Positions 27,998-38,835 of a stretch of DNA of 64,000 nt are shown piece after piece; position 1 is the stretch's first letter, and every line of letters begins with the position of its first letter. The translations under genes and the position numbers were made by a program. The notes beneath the pieces were generated by a model. The model was not told where the DNA came from and did not search any database. It saw only the letters and a list, made by a program, of their open reading frames with translations. Origin of the DNA: a virus; the IMG/VR virus record IMGVR_UViG_3300017991_000072, positions 1 to 64,000 of that record. One strand, 5' to 3'.

Positions 27998-29457
27998 GAC
28001 AAAGCCTCCTCTATGAGATCATCAGGCCACTGTAGCGTGTTGGGGTTTCCGCGTAGGTGCCATTGGGTGATGTAGTAGGGGACGTAGACCGTCCCGCCGT
28101 ATCTGGAGTGAACCGCTGGTCCTATGTTGGAGATGTCCACGGACCCGGGGCTGGTGGCCTCATTTGCCGCTGTGGGGTTGTAGGCCCTGATGATGTTGTC
28201 CTCCCCCAAGGACTGGGGGGTGGCCAAGACATCAAAGAACCCGTTATTCTGGGACGCCGCGTCATAGACGTAGATCTGGTTGATCTCCTGGTCCCACCTG
28301 TGAAGGGTTCCCTCCAAGGTGATGACCATGTTGTCCCCGTCCTTCGCTATGCTAAGGATTTCATAGGGGTTATTGTAGCCTGACTTGGTGTTGGACCCTA
28401 GTTCAATGACTGATCCGTGAACGGCTGAAACGCCCAGAGTGTTTCCGTAGCTGTTGACGTATCTGGTACTGACCTGGGATCCAGCGTCAGCCAGTATTCC
28501 TTCACTACCTCCAAAGAACCAACAGTTGGTGAACAGGATCCCACGGCTATCCCTGACCCAGACCTTGGGCCAGTTCCGTGGAATGGAGGGAGCGTAGGTA
28601 TAGCCCATGATCATCCAGGCCAGGTGACAGTTTTCACACCTGTCTATCAGCCCGTAGAAGCTTCTGTGGCCTGAAACATAGATCCCCGAACACCTAGTCA
28701 TCCCAAATGTCCCGCCGTTGGCTGACCCGTAGGCGTCCACGCTAAGGAAGCCTCCAGCTCCGTCATGGGGTCCTATGAACACGTTGGCCCCGTTGATGGC
28801 GTGGGTGTCCGTCAGGGACAAGGAGACGTTCCCAAACAAGACTTCATTCCCTGTGTTTCTCCGGAGCCAGGGGTGAAGCTTCTTGATGACGCCGTTGTAG
28901 GCGTCCTCCGTTGGGCCTGGTTCAATGAAGATCCTGACCAGGACTCCCGGTCCCGTGACCGTCTTTCCCCTGATCTGATCCGCCGCCTTGTTAGGGCTGA
29001 ACCATGGGTTCCCTATCGTCCCGTCTCCTGTGACATCGTCCCCGCTGTAGTGAACGTAGTAGTCCACAGACTCCGTGATGAAGCCTGGTGACGGTCCCGC
29101 CGGTCCTTCTGGCCCTGGTGGCCCTGGGACGCCCCCGCCACCAATGGCAGAAACGCCCCTAGACGCGAAAGGGCCAGACATCACCCGAACTTCCACGGTT
29201 CCGGCTACCGCCCTGACCCCTATGACTTCAGGGGTTCCTTGGCCTTCTCCTCCGAAGGCCAGAGACTCCCCCAAGGACAGGATGGGACTGACCGATGGGT
29301 CCGCGTCTGGGACCTTCCCTTCAGTGATGTAGATCTCTCCGTCTATGGCCGTCACTACCAGGGGGTCCCTGGCGTTCTCTGTCCTGATCAGCGTTCCTGA
29401 CCCGTCATCAGAGAAATGGCCGCCTTTCTTGTTTTCAAGGATGAAATCAGCCATCAC
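27994..29457 (-). CDS. Right-handed beta-helix protein 1 with short collagen-like linker
   Basis: GPPGPEGPAGP followed by YYVHYSGDD..GTIGNPW cap. Confidence 0.7.
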   Translation of the reverse strand: MMADFILENKKGGHFSDDGSGTLIRTENARDPLVVTAIDGEIYITEGKVPDADPSVSPILSLGESLAFGGEGQGTPEVIGVRAVAGTVEVRVMSGPFASRGVSAIGGGGVPGPPGPEGPAGPSPGFITESVDYYVHYSGDDVTGDGTIGNPWFSPNKAADQIRGKTVTGPGVLVRIFIEPGPTEDAYNGVIKKLHPWLRRNTGNEVLFGNVSLSLTDTHAINGANVFIGPHDGAGGFLSVDAYGSANGGTFGMTRCSGIYVSGHRSFYGLIDRCENCHLAWMIMGYTYAPSIPRNWPKVWVRDSRGILFTNCWFFGGSEGILADAGSQVSTRYVNSYGNTLGVSAVHGSVIELGSNTKSGYNNPYEILSIAKDGDNMVITLEGTLHRWDQEINQIYVYDAASQNNGFFDVLATPQSLGEDNIIRAYNPTAANEATSPGSVDISNIGPAVHSRYGGTVYVPYYITQWHLRGNPNTLQWPDDLIEEALS

Positions 29458-29717
29458 ATCCTCCCTTCCTTCTCCAGGTCACTGACGTTCTTCCGCGTCA
29501 AGGTGGCCTGGCCTGTGATGACCTCCTGGGCCGTGGCCTTCATCCTGGCGTTCAAGGGGGACAGGGGCTTCATGAACTTGTCATTGTCCCCTGGCTTTCC
29601 CTTGCCAGGACGGAGACCCGTGTTGGTGGCCAGGGAGGACGTGGGCCGCTTGGGGGTCCGCTTTGCCCGTTCCTTCCGCGACAGAAACCGGCTGTTAATT
29701 CCCAACTGGTTAGCCAT
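29454..29717 (-). CDS. Small basic protein
   Basis: Coupled ORF with GGAGG SD. Confidence 0.5.
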   Translation of the reverse strand: MANQLGINSRFLSRKERAKRTPKRPTSSLATNTGLRPGKGKPGDNDKFMKPLSPLNARMKATAQEVITGQATLTRKNVSDLEKEGRM

Positions 29718-29985
29718 TGTCTTCCTCCGTCATTTGGTTGAAGAACCAGATCACGTCTGAAACAGTCATGTCCGCCAGGTCTTCCGTCTTGACTCCCATG
29801 GCCACCCCGTCCACGGAGATCTTGGTCATGGGGTTTCCAAAATGGATCTCCATGACGGACCCCACAGGAATAGGGACCAGCTCTGGCTGAAAGCGTTCAA
29901 CCCGTCCGCCACATCCTGGGCGTGGACAGGTGGTCAGCTTCCCTTGTAGGGCTTCATCCTCTGGTTGGGAGAAGACCTCCATCAC
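29710..29985 (-). CDS. Hypothetical protein
   Basis: Overlaps next gene; operon context. Confidence 0.45.
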   Translation of the reverse strand: MMEVFSQPEDEALQGKLTTCPRPGCGGRVERFQPELVPIPVGSVMEIHFGNPMTKISVDGVAMGVKTEDLADMTVSDVIWFFNQMTEEDNG

Positions 29986-30020
29986 GAAGTCACAGGGGTC
30001 CTTCAGACACCTATACTCCG

Positions 30021-30311
30021 CTACTGGTTCCTGTTCTGTTGGTCTCTGGTCTGTTTCGTTGATCTCTTTTCCCTTCCGCTACCGTATTTCAGCGTCCTGG
30101 CCGCTACCGCTTTGATGGAGGACGCCGAACCCTTCCGCCCTTCTCCGCGCCTGGGGGATGGGTCAATCTTCTCCCCCTGGGACGCCTGTTGAAGGGCTTC
30201 CCTATCCTGAACTGACTTCTCCGCCGTCTCCATAGTCCGCTCCAGGTCCCAGTCCGTGTAGAACTTGAACCCTTCCATGAACGTCTTCTTGGCTTCTTCT
30301 AGTTTCAGCAT
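30021..30311 (-). CDS. Hypothetical protein
   Basis: Operon context. Confidence 0.45.
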   Translation of the reverse strand: MLKLEEAKKTFMEGFKFYTDWDLERTMETAEKSVQDREALQQASQGEKIDPSPRRGEGRKGSASSIKAVAARTLKYGSGREKRSTKQTRDQQNRNQ

Positions 30312-30313
30312 AG

Positions 30314-30751
30314 TCAGGCCAGAACGATGGTCAAGACTTGGATCAGAGCGTAGAGCGTAGTCTTCCCAAGGGACTTCAGAAACTTCTTCCGCCTCTTGGC
30401 TTCGTCTATCAGCTCCAACATCTCCTCCGCGTTTGACGTTAGTGACTTGATGACCAGGGCCGCGTCCATGTGGTCAGCCGCCAGCTCCAAAGCCTCCTCC
30501 AGCTTTCCCTGGCGAAGCTTGAAGTAGATGACTTCCAACAGCTCCCGGCCAAAGGCCAGGAACAGGTCCGCGTTCTGGACAAGAACTTGAAGGTCCGTGG
30601 CTGTGAATAGATCTCCCACAGGGAGATCACCAAGGGAAAGATCACCCAAAGGGGTCTCTATGGTAGGTCCCGTGTCTTCCGTGTGACTTTCAAGAAGGTC
30701 TTTGACAGTGTCTACCGCTTTTTCCCAATCTTCACTTTTCAGTGTACCCAT
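30314..30751 (-). CDS. Helical protein with hydrophobic C-terminal tail
   Basis: Ends TLYALIQVLTIVLA. Confidence 0.55.
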   Translation of the reverse strand: MGTLKSEDWEKAVDTVKDLLESHTEDTGPTIETPLGDLSLGDLPVGDLFTATDLQVLVQNADLFLAFGRELLEVIYFKLRQGKLEEALELAADHMDAALVIKSLTSNAEEMLELIDEAKRRKKFLKSLGKTTLYALIQVLTIVLA

Positions 30752-30816
30752 TTTCTATACCCATTTCCAGTCCCCGGGGTCAAGACCCCCGGTTTCTGTT
30801 CCGCTGGCCTCCTATT

Positions 30817-31716
30817 TCAGGATACCAGGAACGTCTTCATGGAGTCCAAGGGGAGCCTGTGACAAGAAGAGACCGTCTCCCCAAGAGGAACACCAGCCTC
30901 CTTTCCTATCAGTTGGCCTACTTCCCAGATGGGCCTGGCCTCCTCCTCCACGCCTTCCTTCCCAGAGTAGACACAGAGCGTGTCCGTGGCGTGTTCTCCT
31001 CCGAAGGGGTCAAAGCCGTGGTCTCCACAGACCACCCAGAAATCAGGCTTCAACATCCAGACCAACAGGCTGAAGATCTGTTCCAGCCAGGAGTAGATCC
31101 CCAAGACCCCGTTGGAAGCTAGGTTGGGGTAGGCGTGGGACACCCTGTCCGCCGCCTTGGTCCCCACACAGACAATGTCACGCCGCCGTAGATCGTTAGC
31201 GTGGCGGAACAGGAACCCGCTGTGGTAGCCAAGAACCAGGACCAGCTTGTCCAGGATGGCCTCCGCGTGGTCCCCGCTGTTCATGTAGCCCCACGTGGTT
31301 CCCAGTCTTTCGTCCATGATGTCAAACAGGAATTCCTCCGGAAGATCAATCCCCTGGGCCACTTCCAGATCCGTGGGACAAGGGAAGCCTGGAATGATCC
31401 AGCTCTTCCCGTGGGCCTTTAGGCCCCACGTGAACGGGGCCAGGAAGGACGCTATGTTCTCTCCATCCAGCCAGGTGGAAGACCTGACATCCGCGAAGGT
31501 AGGCCCTGACAAGGACCTCCCGTTCATGATGACCCCGTGATCCACAGGAGCCAGGCCCGTGTAGACGCTGGCCCAGTTTGGCCCAGAGTAGGGCCGTCCC
31601 TCTATGATGTCTGTGACCACAGACTCCGCTCTGAAGAAGGTCCCCTGTCTGGTGAAGAATTCCTTTTCCTTGGCGTAGTGGTAGGACAGCCCGTCCACAG
31701 CGTAAACTAGGATCAT
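30817..31716 (-). CDS. Alkaline phosphatase superfamily / type I phosphodiesterase-like enzyme
   Basis: VDGL metal ligand, SGPNWASVYTG..P.DHGV nucleophile region, DRVSH and GDHGF motifs. Confidence 0.8.
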   Translation of the reverse strand: MILVYAVDGLSYHYAKEKEFFTRQGTFFRAESVVTDIIEGRPYSGPNWASVYTGLAPVDHGVIMNGRSLSGPTFADVRSSTWLDGENIASFLAPFTWGLKAHGKSWIIPGFPCPTDLEVAQGIDLPEEFLFDIMDERLGTTWGYMNSGDHAEAILDKLVLVLGYHSGFLFRHANDLRRRDIVCVGTKAADRVSHAYPNLASNGVLGIYSWLEQIFSLLVWMLKPDFWVVCGDHGFDPFGGEHATDTLCVYSGKEGVEEEARPIWEVGQLIGKEAGVPLGETVSSCHRLPLDSMKTFLVS

Positions 31717-31728
31717 GGCTCCTCCTCC

Positions 31729-34700
31729 TTAGATGTCATCCCCGAAGACTATGATCTGGTCTATTTCAATGGCGTCCCCAATGGTTGGGTCTTGGTTCTG
31801 GAACCTTATTCCAAAATTGGCGTTATTGTCACAGGCTCCGCCTGAATGGGTGGAGATGTTGAAGACGTGGGGTCCTGTCCACAGCGTTGGGCTTTGGAAG
31901 ACCGTTCCCCTGGTGGTGTAGGTGGACCCGTTGGTGGTGTAGAGAAGCGTGACATCCGCGTTGTCATCCGTAGTAGCCCAGAAGGAGACCCTGATGTTGT
32001 CCTTCCCCACTGTGGAGATGGGCATGGTGATATGGTGGTTAGCGCCTCCGTTCAGGACCACATAGCCCTTTCCAGTGAAGTCCGTGAAGCCGTAGCCCGG
32101 CTTCTGGTACACAGAGTAGCCTTCATCAGGGTTGAAGACCCAGGCTTTCCATTCAGCCCCTACGTGGGCCGTGGACCATTCATTGTGAGCCGTGTATACA
32201 TCGTAAGGAAAGCCGGGATCCGAGTCAGACGATGACCAAGGTGGGATCTCCACTGTGGGCTGACGGTAGTCCTCCCAGTCTTCGTAGAACAGGATACTGT
32301 CAGAGTCAGAGCGCATAGGATAGCCGTCACAGGCCACCAGTTGGATGTGGTCAACGTAGGACTGGCCTGAAGACACTGTTCCATCAGCCAGTTCAAACCT
32401 GATCAATAGCCGCGTGTTATGGCAGAAAGGACCCACGCCACACCAGCGCGTGTTCCCATCAGATATAGGGGGTGGCTCTTCAGCCCATTCATGAGCGCCC
32501 ACCAGGTTCATGGACACGTAGGTCCACGTGGACCCAATGTAGGGAGACTCCCATACTTGACTCTCTGTGGAAATGTTGTGGACCAGCCAGTTGTCCCCAT
32601 CGTTGGGGGAAACCTTGACCGTCAGGTAGCTAGGGCCGGAGTCTCCAACTGTGTGCCAGTTCTTGTACCAGAACCGGATGACAGGTTCATAGCGTCCCCT
32701 CATGTCCAGATGAACCGTGTGGTCCAGCCAGACCGCGTCATCAAAGGCGAACTTGTGGATCCGGCCTTCATAATTGCTCCCGTCCCTCCCATAGTCCGCC
32801 ACGGAGACTTCCGTGGGATCGTCAGCCGTCCAAGGAGGACTCTGGTCTGTCCAGTTCAGTCCATCTTCAAAACTTTCCGTGAACCTGACAAAGCCCGTAC
32901 AGGCCGTAGGCGTTGGGGTTGGCGTTGGCGTGTTCGTTGGCGTATCCGTTGGCGTGTTCGTTGGCGTGAAGGTTGGGGTATTGGTAGGCGTGTTCGTGGG
33001 TGTGTTCGTGGGGGTGGACGTGGGCGTAGGCGTTGGCGTGAACGTGGGGAGCGTGGGGTCATAACAGCCTATCAGCTTCACGTCATCTATGAAGACACAG
33101 GAGGAACTGTTGGTGGTGGGCTTGTCTATCCAGACCTTGAACGTCATGTCATGCTGGTGGGAGTAGACACTGTTGTCCAGGTGGTGTTCACTGTAGCCCC
33201 AAAAATTGTTCCCCGCGTGGCCAAACCCAAAGCTATCCAAAGTCTCCCAGGGACCCGTGGGACCAGGGGCCACCTGGATGTTCCCCTTGGCCGCCTGAAC
33301 TGTGATGGACGCCTTGGTCCAGTAGGAGATGACCAGGTCAACCTGGGACTGGGTGTTGTGGGTGTAGGTGACGTATTTGGCCCCCGTCCCCGTTCCAACT
33401 CCAACCCGTCCTTCACTGTCAGAGTCATCACGCCCGTAGTTCCCTACTTCATACCATGCGTCCTGAACATTCTGATACCAGTTGACCGTCCCTGGGACCG
33501 TGTTCAGTTGGTCAAAGTCACTTTCCAGTTCAAAGTCCTCTTCATAGAGAATTGGACAGGTGGTGGGCGTGGCCGTTGGCGTAGCCGTGGGAGTCAGCGT
33601 GGGCGTGTTCGTAGGAATAGGCGTGGGCGTTGGGGAACACTGGTAGGGTCTACACTTATACAGGTTCCACTGTTTGGCTTCGTTCTGGCGTTCATAGGCT
33701 ATCCATTCCTGGGCCGGGTCCCAGGTCAGGTAGGTGTGGTCATAGGGAGTGATGGTGACCACCTGGCCGCCTGTTCCCGGGGAAGACATGGCCTGGTCAA
33801 CGTCAATGACGAAGACTTGGAAGACTCCCGCGTTGGTCTGTCTCTGACAGGCTATTAACTGACCGTCAGGAGACCACAGGGGCCTGTAGTGGTGATATTG
33901 GCCCCTTGTTATGGAGTAGTCCTCCGCCGGGAAAGGCCCTGTCAGTAGGTCCAAGACACAGATCTGGAAGTAGCCGTCTTCGTCCCTCTTGGCGTATGCC
34001 AGCCCAGAATGTGGTCCCCAGTCAAGGTCTATTCTGTCTCCAGGGGAGGCCGTCAGCGGATCCTCCACAGCCATCCCCACGCCCGCCTTGGGATCCGTCA
34101 GGTCAGCCCTGTAGACGTTGAAATTCAGATCAATCCCGTCCTGTTTGATGTAGGCCGCTGTGTTATCATCTGGGCTGAAGCAAGGGAACCCGCGCCAGTT
34201 GGAGTAGTCCGTGACGTTCCTGAACCCTGGCCCCGCCTGGTATAACATGATCTGCCAATGGCCTGATCCCCGCTCTGGCTCCCTTCTACACATCAGCCAT
34301 AAGTTATCAGAAGAGTATTTGACCTGACCGTAGTCTATGGTGTCATCCCCAATCCCAAACCACATCTGGCCAAGACCCGCCACGCCTGTGAACGCCAGCT
34401 TGGTCCTCCCGGTGGTGTTGTTCATGACCTCCGCTATCCCCGCCATGGGTGGTCCTCCAAAGGACGCCCTGGGCCTGAAATGGCTGTAGTCCGCGTTGGC
34501 CGTGACAGGATAGTTCCGCTCCTCCGCCAGGTTCCAGGCTCCTGTCTGGAAGCCGTAGGTGGGGTCCAGGTAGCTGTGAAAGATCCAGTCCCCCGCTGGA
34601 GCCCAGTGTGGATGTCTATGGGTAGACGCTGACTTCTTGGCGCTGATCCTGATGTTGTCCACGTAGAAGGGAGAATTCATCCCAGGGACAGAGTCAGACT

Positions 34701-36192
34701 GGGACCTGAACCTGATGACCAGATCGTTCTGGTTATCACAGGCCGCTGGAAGCGTCTTGGTTTCGTTCTTCCACTCCATGGGGGTGGAGATCTCCATTCC
34801 GTCCATGAAGTCATGTTGAACCCACGGACCTCCTGGCCCGTCCACAGAGTAGTCCAGGTAGCCCTTGGTGTAGGGAGGAAAGATGTCTGTCCCCGTCCAG
34901 CGCCAAGAGACCGTCACGTCCTTCATGGACTGGGTGTTCAGTTGGATGTAGGCGTATTCCACAGCGCCTTCCAGGGAGTCAATCAGCCCTTCATAGGTAC
35001 TGTCCGCCGCGCCGTAGTCCGCCACTGTGACCTTGGCCTCCGTGGACTCCGTCCAGGCCGGGTCCTGGGAGTCCCAGTCCTGGCCGTCTTCAAAGTCTTC
35101 ATAGACCAGGTCCACCAGGTCAGGAACCGTGATCAGGATTTCAGGACACACCTGGGGAAGAGGGGTTGGCGTGGCCGTAGGCGTGGCCGTGGGGACCACG
35201 GGGGTAGGCGTGTTCGTTGGGCCTGGAATGGGCGTGGCCGTGGCTATGGGCCTGACACCTGGGGGTGGGTCCGTCTCTGGGTCAAAGTAGAGCCGGAGCG
35301 CGTAGCGTCCAAGGTAGGCCCCTGGGTCAGGATCCTCTGGCCCCTCCCAGGCTTCTCCATCTTGCCACTTCAGCCAGCCGTAGCCTCCTTCCCCCCAACC
35401 TAGCCCCCAGGAATTCTTGATCTTGAACGCTGATATACTGTCATCATAGCCCACAATGGCTACCGCGTGGGTCCCCAGATATTCTCCCCAAGCGTATTCA
35501 TAGACGCCCCCCGTGTAGTAGATGATGTCTTCATAGATGACCAGCGTGGCCTCCACGGGACCTCTGAAGACCGCCGCCTTGATGGCCTCCACGTTGACGG
35601 TTCCGTAGGATAACCAGGACCATTGATTGACCTTCCAGACTCTATCTTCCCAGTCTTCACACCGGTCAAAACAGTTGTTATCCACGCCAGAGTAGCGGAG
35701 ACAGGCGTCATCTGGGACGCCCGTGTTCTTGAATAACTGGGCCGCCGCTGAAATAGACATCCCTATTTCACAGTCTCCGCCTCCACAGGAGAAGACGAAC
35801 TGTTCAGACAGATCTATGGAGTAGTCCTGGAAGCCCGTGACGATCCTGACCACAGCTTCATAGACCGCCACCTGGCTGAAGGCCGAACAGGCCCCACAGC
35901 TTCCCTGTTGTTTGACGGAAGTCATCCACGGGGACCAGTCCCAGTAGGGAGGAAGAAGGGAGAAGGCCGTGGCTGGCGGATCGTCTCCGGCTGACGTGTC
36001 ATGGGGTGGTTCCGACGCCGGGAACATGGACTTCAGTTGGGCCGTTGACTTCTCTGACAGAGATGTGTGGCCCGCTGACCAGTTCAAGCCCTTGTCCTGG
36101 ATCTCCTGTTGGATCGTGGTCATCTTGACCGCGTCCCCCAGAGCCCACACAGTCACCAAACACATCCACGTCCACAGGATGGACTTCTTCAT
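31729..36192 (-). CDS. Secreted papain-family (C1A) cysteine peptidase with TolB-like propeller and beta-sandwich modules
   Basis: Signal peptide; [36 protein letters not shown]; PD40-like P.WSPDG repeats; Pro-Thr linkers. Confidence 0.9.
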   Translation of the reverse strand: MKKSILWTWMCLVTVWALGDAVKMTTIQQEIQDKGLNWSAGHTSLSEKSTAQLKSMFPASEPPHDTSAGDDPPATAFSLLPPYWDWSPWMTSVKQQGSCGACSAFSQVAVYEAVVRIVTGFQDYSIDLSEQFVFSCGGGDCEIGMSISAAAQLFKNTGVPDDACLRYSGVDNNCFDRCEDWEDRVWKVNQWSWLSYGTVNVEAIKAAVFRGPVEATLVIYEDIIYYTGGVYEYAWGEYLGTHAVAIVGYDDSISAFKIKNSWGLGWGEGGYGWLKWQDGEAWEGPEDPDPGAYLGRYALRLYFDPETDPPPGVRPIATATPIPGPTNTPTPVVPTATPTATPTPLPQVCPEILITVPDLVDLVYEDFEDGQDWDSQDPAWTESTEAKVTVADYGAADSTYEGLIDSLEGAVEYAYIQLNTQSMKDVTVSWRWTGTDIFPPYTKGYLDYSVDGPGGPWVQHDFMDGMEISTPMEWKNETKTLPAACDNQNDLVIRFRSQSDSVPGMNSPFYVDNIRISAKKSASTHRHPHWAPAGDWIFHSYLDPTYGFQTGAWNLAEERNYPVTANADYSHFRPRASFGGPPMAGIAEVMNNTTGRTKLAFTGVAGLGQMWFGIGDDTIDYGQVKYSSDNLWLMCRREPERGSGHWQIMLYQAGPGFRNVTDYSNWRGFPCFSPDDNTAAYIKQDGIDLNFNVYRADLTDPKAGVGMAVEDPLTASPGDRIDLDWGPHSGLAYAKRDEDGYFQICVLDLLTGPFPAEDYSITRGQYHHYRPLWSPDGQLIACQRQTNAGVFQVFVIDVDQAMSSPGTGGQVVTITPYDHTYLTWDPAQEWIAYERQNEAKQWNLYKCRPYQCSPTPTPIPTNTPTLTPTATPTATPTTCPILYEEDFELESDFDQLNTVPGTVNWYQNVQDAWYEVGNYGRDDSDSEGRVGVGTGTGAKYVTYTHNTQSQVDLVISYWTKASITVQAAKGNIQVAPGPTGPWETLDSFGFGHAGNNFWGYSEHHLDNSVYSHQHDMTFKVWIDKPTTNSSSCVFIDDVKLIGCYDPTLPTFTPTPTPTSTPTNTPTNTPTNTPTFTPTNTPTDTPTNTPTPTPTPTACTGFVRFTESFEDGLNWTDQSPPWTADDPTEVSVADYGRDGSNYEGRIHKFAFDDAVWLDHTVHLDMRGRYEPVIRFWYKNWHTVGDSGPSYLTVKVSPNDGDNWLVHNISTESQVWESPYIGSTWTYVSMNLVGAHEWAEEPPPISDGNTRWCGVGPFCHNTRLLIRFELADGTVSSGQSYVDHIQLVACDGYPMRSDSDSILFYEDWEDYRQPTVEIPPWSSSDSDPGFPYDVYTAHNEWSTAHVGAEWKAWVFNPDEGYSVYQKPGYGFTDFTGKGYVVLNGGANHHITMPISTVGKDNIRVSFWATTDDNADVTLLYTTNGSTYTTRGTVFQSPTLWTGPHVFNISTHSGGACDNNANFGIRFQNQDPTIGDAIEIDQIIVFGDDI
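32905..33057. repeat. Coding tandem repeats of 6/12 bp (PT/PTNT linker)
   Basis: Repeated GGCGTGTTCGTT-type units; shorter linkers at about 33565-33632 and 35165-35245. Confidence 0.85.
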
Positions 36193-36959
36193 CCGCTGTC
36201 CTCCGCTTCACCCCCTGGAACGGGGGTCTCTGGTTCGCTGGTTCCGTTCGTGTTCCCGCCTTCTTCGTCCTCCCCCTCTTCTTCCTTTGGACGTTCCTTC
36301 CCGTTCAAGAGACAGTCAAAGGAAGTCCACAGCTCCGCGTTGATCTTGATGAACGCCTGTTCCTCTTCCCTGGTGGTCTTCTCTTCCTCCACCAGCTCCG
36401 CCATCCTCCTGGACAGGATGGCGTTCTGGGCCGTCATGGTCTTGGCCGCGAAGGGAACACAGCCGGTCAGAGTCAGCGCCAAGAGAAGGAGGCCCGTGGC
36501 CTGGGCCGCGAAGGCTGACGCCTTGGCCAGCTTCCTCTTCAGCCTTCTCTTCACCTTCGCCTCCTCCTTCTTCTTCAGCTTCTTGACCATCTCCCTGGTC
36601 AAGTCTCTGTATTCGTCGGGGGTTGAAACGTAGACTTCCTCCGGCGGAGAGTGATATTCACACCAGCCGTCTGACCCGTATTCTCTACAGATGTGGGTTC
36701 GTCGCTGTCTATGAATTGAACAGCGTCCCCGTTCAAGATACTGGCAAGGGATTCTGACGTAGAGCGTCCAGGCTCCTTCTTCTGGTCTTCCTCCATCAGT
36801 CTCCGGAGTGAATCCAATGACTGTCTGTCCGTTTCTATACAGATACCAGAGGCCATATTCCCATTCCTCCAAGGTGGTGGGCTTGTCCAGCTCCATTCCG
36901 AAATACTCACAACACCGTCCGCCACATTCAGGGGGACATCCACGGGGGTTCTGGGCCAT
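36189..36959 (-). CDS. YkgJ/CxxCxxCC-type cysteine-cluster domain joined to a lipoprotein-like C-terminal part
   Basis: C..ECGGRCC, CQYL..RCSIH.R..ICR.Y; internal basic stretch plus LLLLALTLTGC lipobox. Confidence 0.65.
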   Translation of the reverse strand: MAQNPRGCPPECGGRCCEYFGMELDKPTTLEEWEYGLWYLYRNGQTVIGFTPETDGGRPEEGAWTLYVRIPCQYLERGRCSIHRQRRTHICREYGSDGWCEYHSPPEEVYVSTPDEYRDLTREMVKKLKKKEEAKVKRRLKRKLAKASAFAAQATGLLLLALTLTGCVPFAAKTMTAQNAILSRRMAELVEEEKTTREEEQAFIKINAELWTSFDCLLNGKERPKEEEGEDEEGGNTNGTSEPETPVPGGEAEDSG

Positions 36960-37013
36960 CGTCTCCTCCTTGTCTTCGTGTAGGGATAGGTCTGGGGAAG
37001 TCTGTCAGGATCC

Positions 37014-37043
37014 ATAATACCCCAGAACAGTCCGGACCATCAA
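37014..37043 (-). promoter_or_regulatory. Possible leftward sigma70 promoter
   Basis: TTGATG-N18-TATTAT on the minus strand at the divergence point. Confidence 0.35.
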
Positions 37044-37162
37044 GCCGGGTTTGTCAAGGGGGTCCGGTTTCGCGTGTGGGATCCGGGGCCATGCTCCCCT
37101 CCCCTACCGTCCCGGACACACTATACTGTAGGCCGCGCCCACGGACGCCCCCACATCTTGGG

Positions 37163-37284
37163 CCTGAAAAAAAGTTCTCCCTGGGTCATTTTTTCTTCAT
37201 TTTTCTCTTGACAAATGGACGGGGATGGTTTAGACTATAGCCATGATGAACGAAGAAACAAACCCCAAACCCCAGGAGGCCAAG
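37163..37284 (+). promoter_or_regulatory. Promoter module 1
   Basis: T-rich tract, TTGACA(37208)-17-TAGACT, ATG 37243, shared leader plus SD. Confidence 0.85.
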
Positions 37285-37536
37285 ATGATCACCCTGACAG
37301 ACGAACAGATAGCCGTAGTGGCGGAAGCGGACAGCGTTCATGACTACGCCTGGTCCTACATCACCATCAGGAAACAGACCGCGTCCTTCCAGCGGGCCTT
37401 CTACCTGGTGGAGACGATGGTTCACAAGGCTGAACACATGGAACTGGCGGAGGACCAGGTGTCAGGGCTCCAGGTGGCCACGGAATGGCTGAAACATGAG
37501 ATCAAGAACGCGGGCCACCCAGTAGCCGGACTGTAG
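37243..37536 (+). CDS. Hypothetical early protein (second start 37285)
   Basis: Promoter module, two in-frame starts. Confidence 0.7.
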   Translation: MMNEETNPKPQEAKMITLTDEQIAVVAEADSVHDYAWSYITIRKQTASFQRAFYLVETMVHKAEHMELAEDQVSGLQVATEWLKHEIKNAGHPVAGL

Positions 37537-37595
37537 AACCCCACGGGCTCCCTGGGGATCACCCAGGGAGCCCAGAACCCCAGAAGGAGGACCCC

Positions 37596-37787
37596 ATGAT
37601 ACGGACGAAGAAAGCCAAGAAGGTTCTGACGAAGAAGGAACAGCGCCACCTGACAGAGTCCAACATACACACCATGGCCGCCATGGAGCGCCAGGTGGCC
37701 TTCCTGAAGACCTACGAAGGGAACCCCACCATCTATCCCTGTTGGGAGTGTAGGGCCATAGCCCGGAAGCTTGGTCTGATGGACTGA
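37596..37787 (+). CDS. Hypothetical protein (CWEC motif)
   Basis: Hairpin, leader and AGGAGG SD. Confidence 0.7.
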   Translation: MIRTKKAKKVLTKKEQRHLTESNIHTMAAMERQVAFLKTYEGNPTIYPCWECRAIARKLGLMD

Positions 37788-37802
37788 CGCCCAGGACCCC
37801 CG

Positions 37803-37931
37803 TGACCCCTGGAGAAAAAAATTCTCCAGGGGTCATTTTTTCTTCATTTTTCTCTTGACTTTTCTGGCTCCCTGGGTTACAATAAGATCATGGAAACACA
37901 GAAAACACCCCAAACCCCCAAGGAGGAGACG
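37803..37931 (+). promoter_or_regulatory. Terminator-promoter module 2
   Basis: TGACCCCTGGAGAA/TTCTCCAGGGGTCA stem, T tract, TTGACT(37855)-17-TACAAT. Confidence 0.9.
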
Positions 37932-38324
37932 ATGAACTGGACCAAAGAAATCAGCCAAGAGGCCGCTGACAAGGTGAAGAAGGCTGGCTACGTGGACCCC
38001 ACAGCCAACCATCACCTGATCTCTGAAGCCGCCGCTGAAGCCCACACGATCCTGGGCCAGGAGATCTTCCTGGCGAAGGACCACGCCTGTGAAGTCAGCG
38101 TCCAGATCCCCAAGACGATCACGGATGAATTCCAGGCCACCTATGACGCCTACAAGCTGATCATGATGGAGATGGAAGCCATCCACCCGGCCAACAAACC
38201 AGAACTGACGCCCCAAGGCTATGACCGCCTGATGGCTGGCCTTCAGGAAAAGGCCGCGCCCCTTCGTTCCAAGCTTTACTCCCTGGAGATGGTCCTGGTG
38301 TCCATCGTCCAGGCCCAGATCTGA
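37890..38324 (+). CDS. Hypothetical early protein (second start 37932)
   Basis: Module 2. Confidence 0.7.
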   Translation: METQKTPQTPKEETMNWTKEISQEAADKVKKAGYVDPTANHHLISEAAAEAHTILGQEIFLAKDHACEVSVQIPKTITDEFQATYDAYKLIMMEMEAIHPANKPELTPQGYDRLMAGLQEKAAPLRSKLYSLEMVLVSIVQAQI

Positions 38325-38391
38325 CGAACCACGGGGGAGGGACCACGGGGGTCCCTCCCCTTCCCCCAACCCCACAGAGGAGGACAAGAAG

Positions 38392-38826
38392 ATGAAAGCC
38401 ACCAAGGACCAGATCAGAGGAATAGTAGGAGTCTTCCAGGACATCCTGGCCAAGGCGGAAGACAAGCTGAACACCAAGGAGATGGAGATGACAGAGCCCT
38501 ACGCCCACTACACTCCCGCCAAGGACGGAGGGACCTACAGGGCTGTCTGTCTGAATGACCTTCCCAGTGAAGCCTTCCAGGCCATGGACTCCGCCACGGA
38601 GGCCGTCTCCCGCGCCAAGATGGTCATCAGGGAAGGACTCCGCTTCTGGGAATTGGGTCAGATCTCTGATGAAGACCTGGTCTTCAAGGCCGCCCAGGCC
38701 AACGTCAACCTGGCCATGGAGGCCGTGGACAAGGCCCTGGAAGCCCCCAACCCCAGGCCCAAGACCAGGCCCAGGCCCATCAAGGCCAGGTTTGGGGAGA
38801 CCAGGCCAGCGTTCCCCGTGTCATAG
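38392..38826 (+). CDS. Hypothetical protein
   Basis: Hairpin, leader and SD. Confidence 0.7.
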   Translation: MKATKDQIRGIVGVFQDILAKAEDKLNTKEMEMTEPYAHYTPAKDGGTYRAVCLNDLPSEAFQAMDSATEAVSRAKMVIREGLRFWELGQISDEDLVFKAAQANVNLAMEAVDKALEAPNPRPKTRPRPIKARFGETRPAFPVS

Positions 38827-38835
38827 TTGACACAG

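Noticed and set aside
32905-33057. Tandem repeats as a regulatory, contingency or diversity-generating locus
   Set aside because: They encode an ordinary Pro-Thr linker; no reverse transcriptase or template/variable repeat pair is seen
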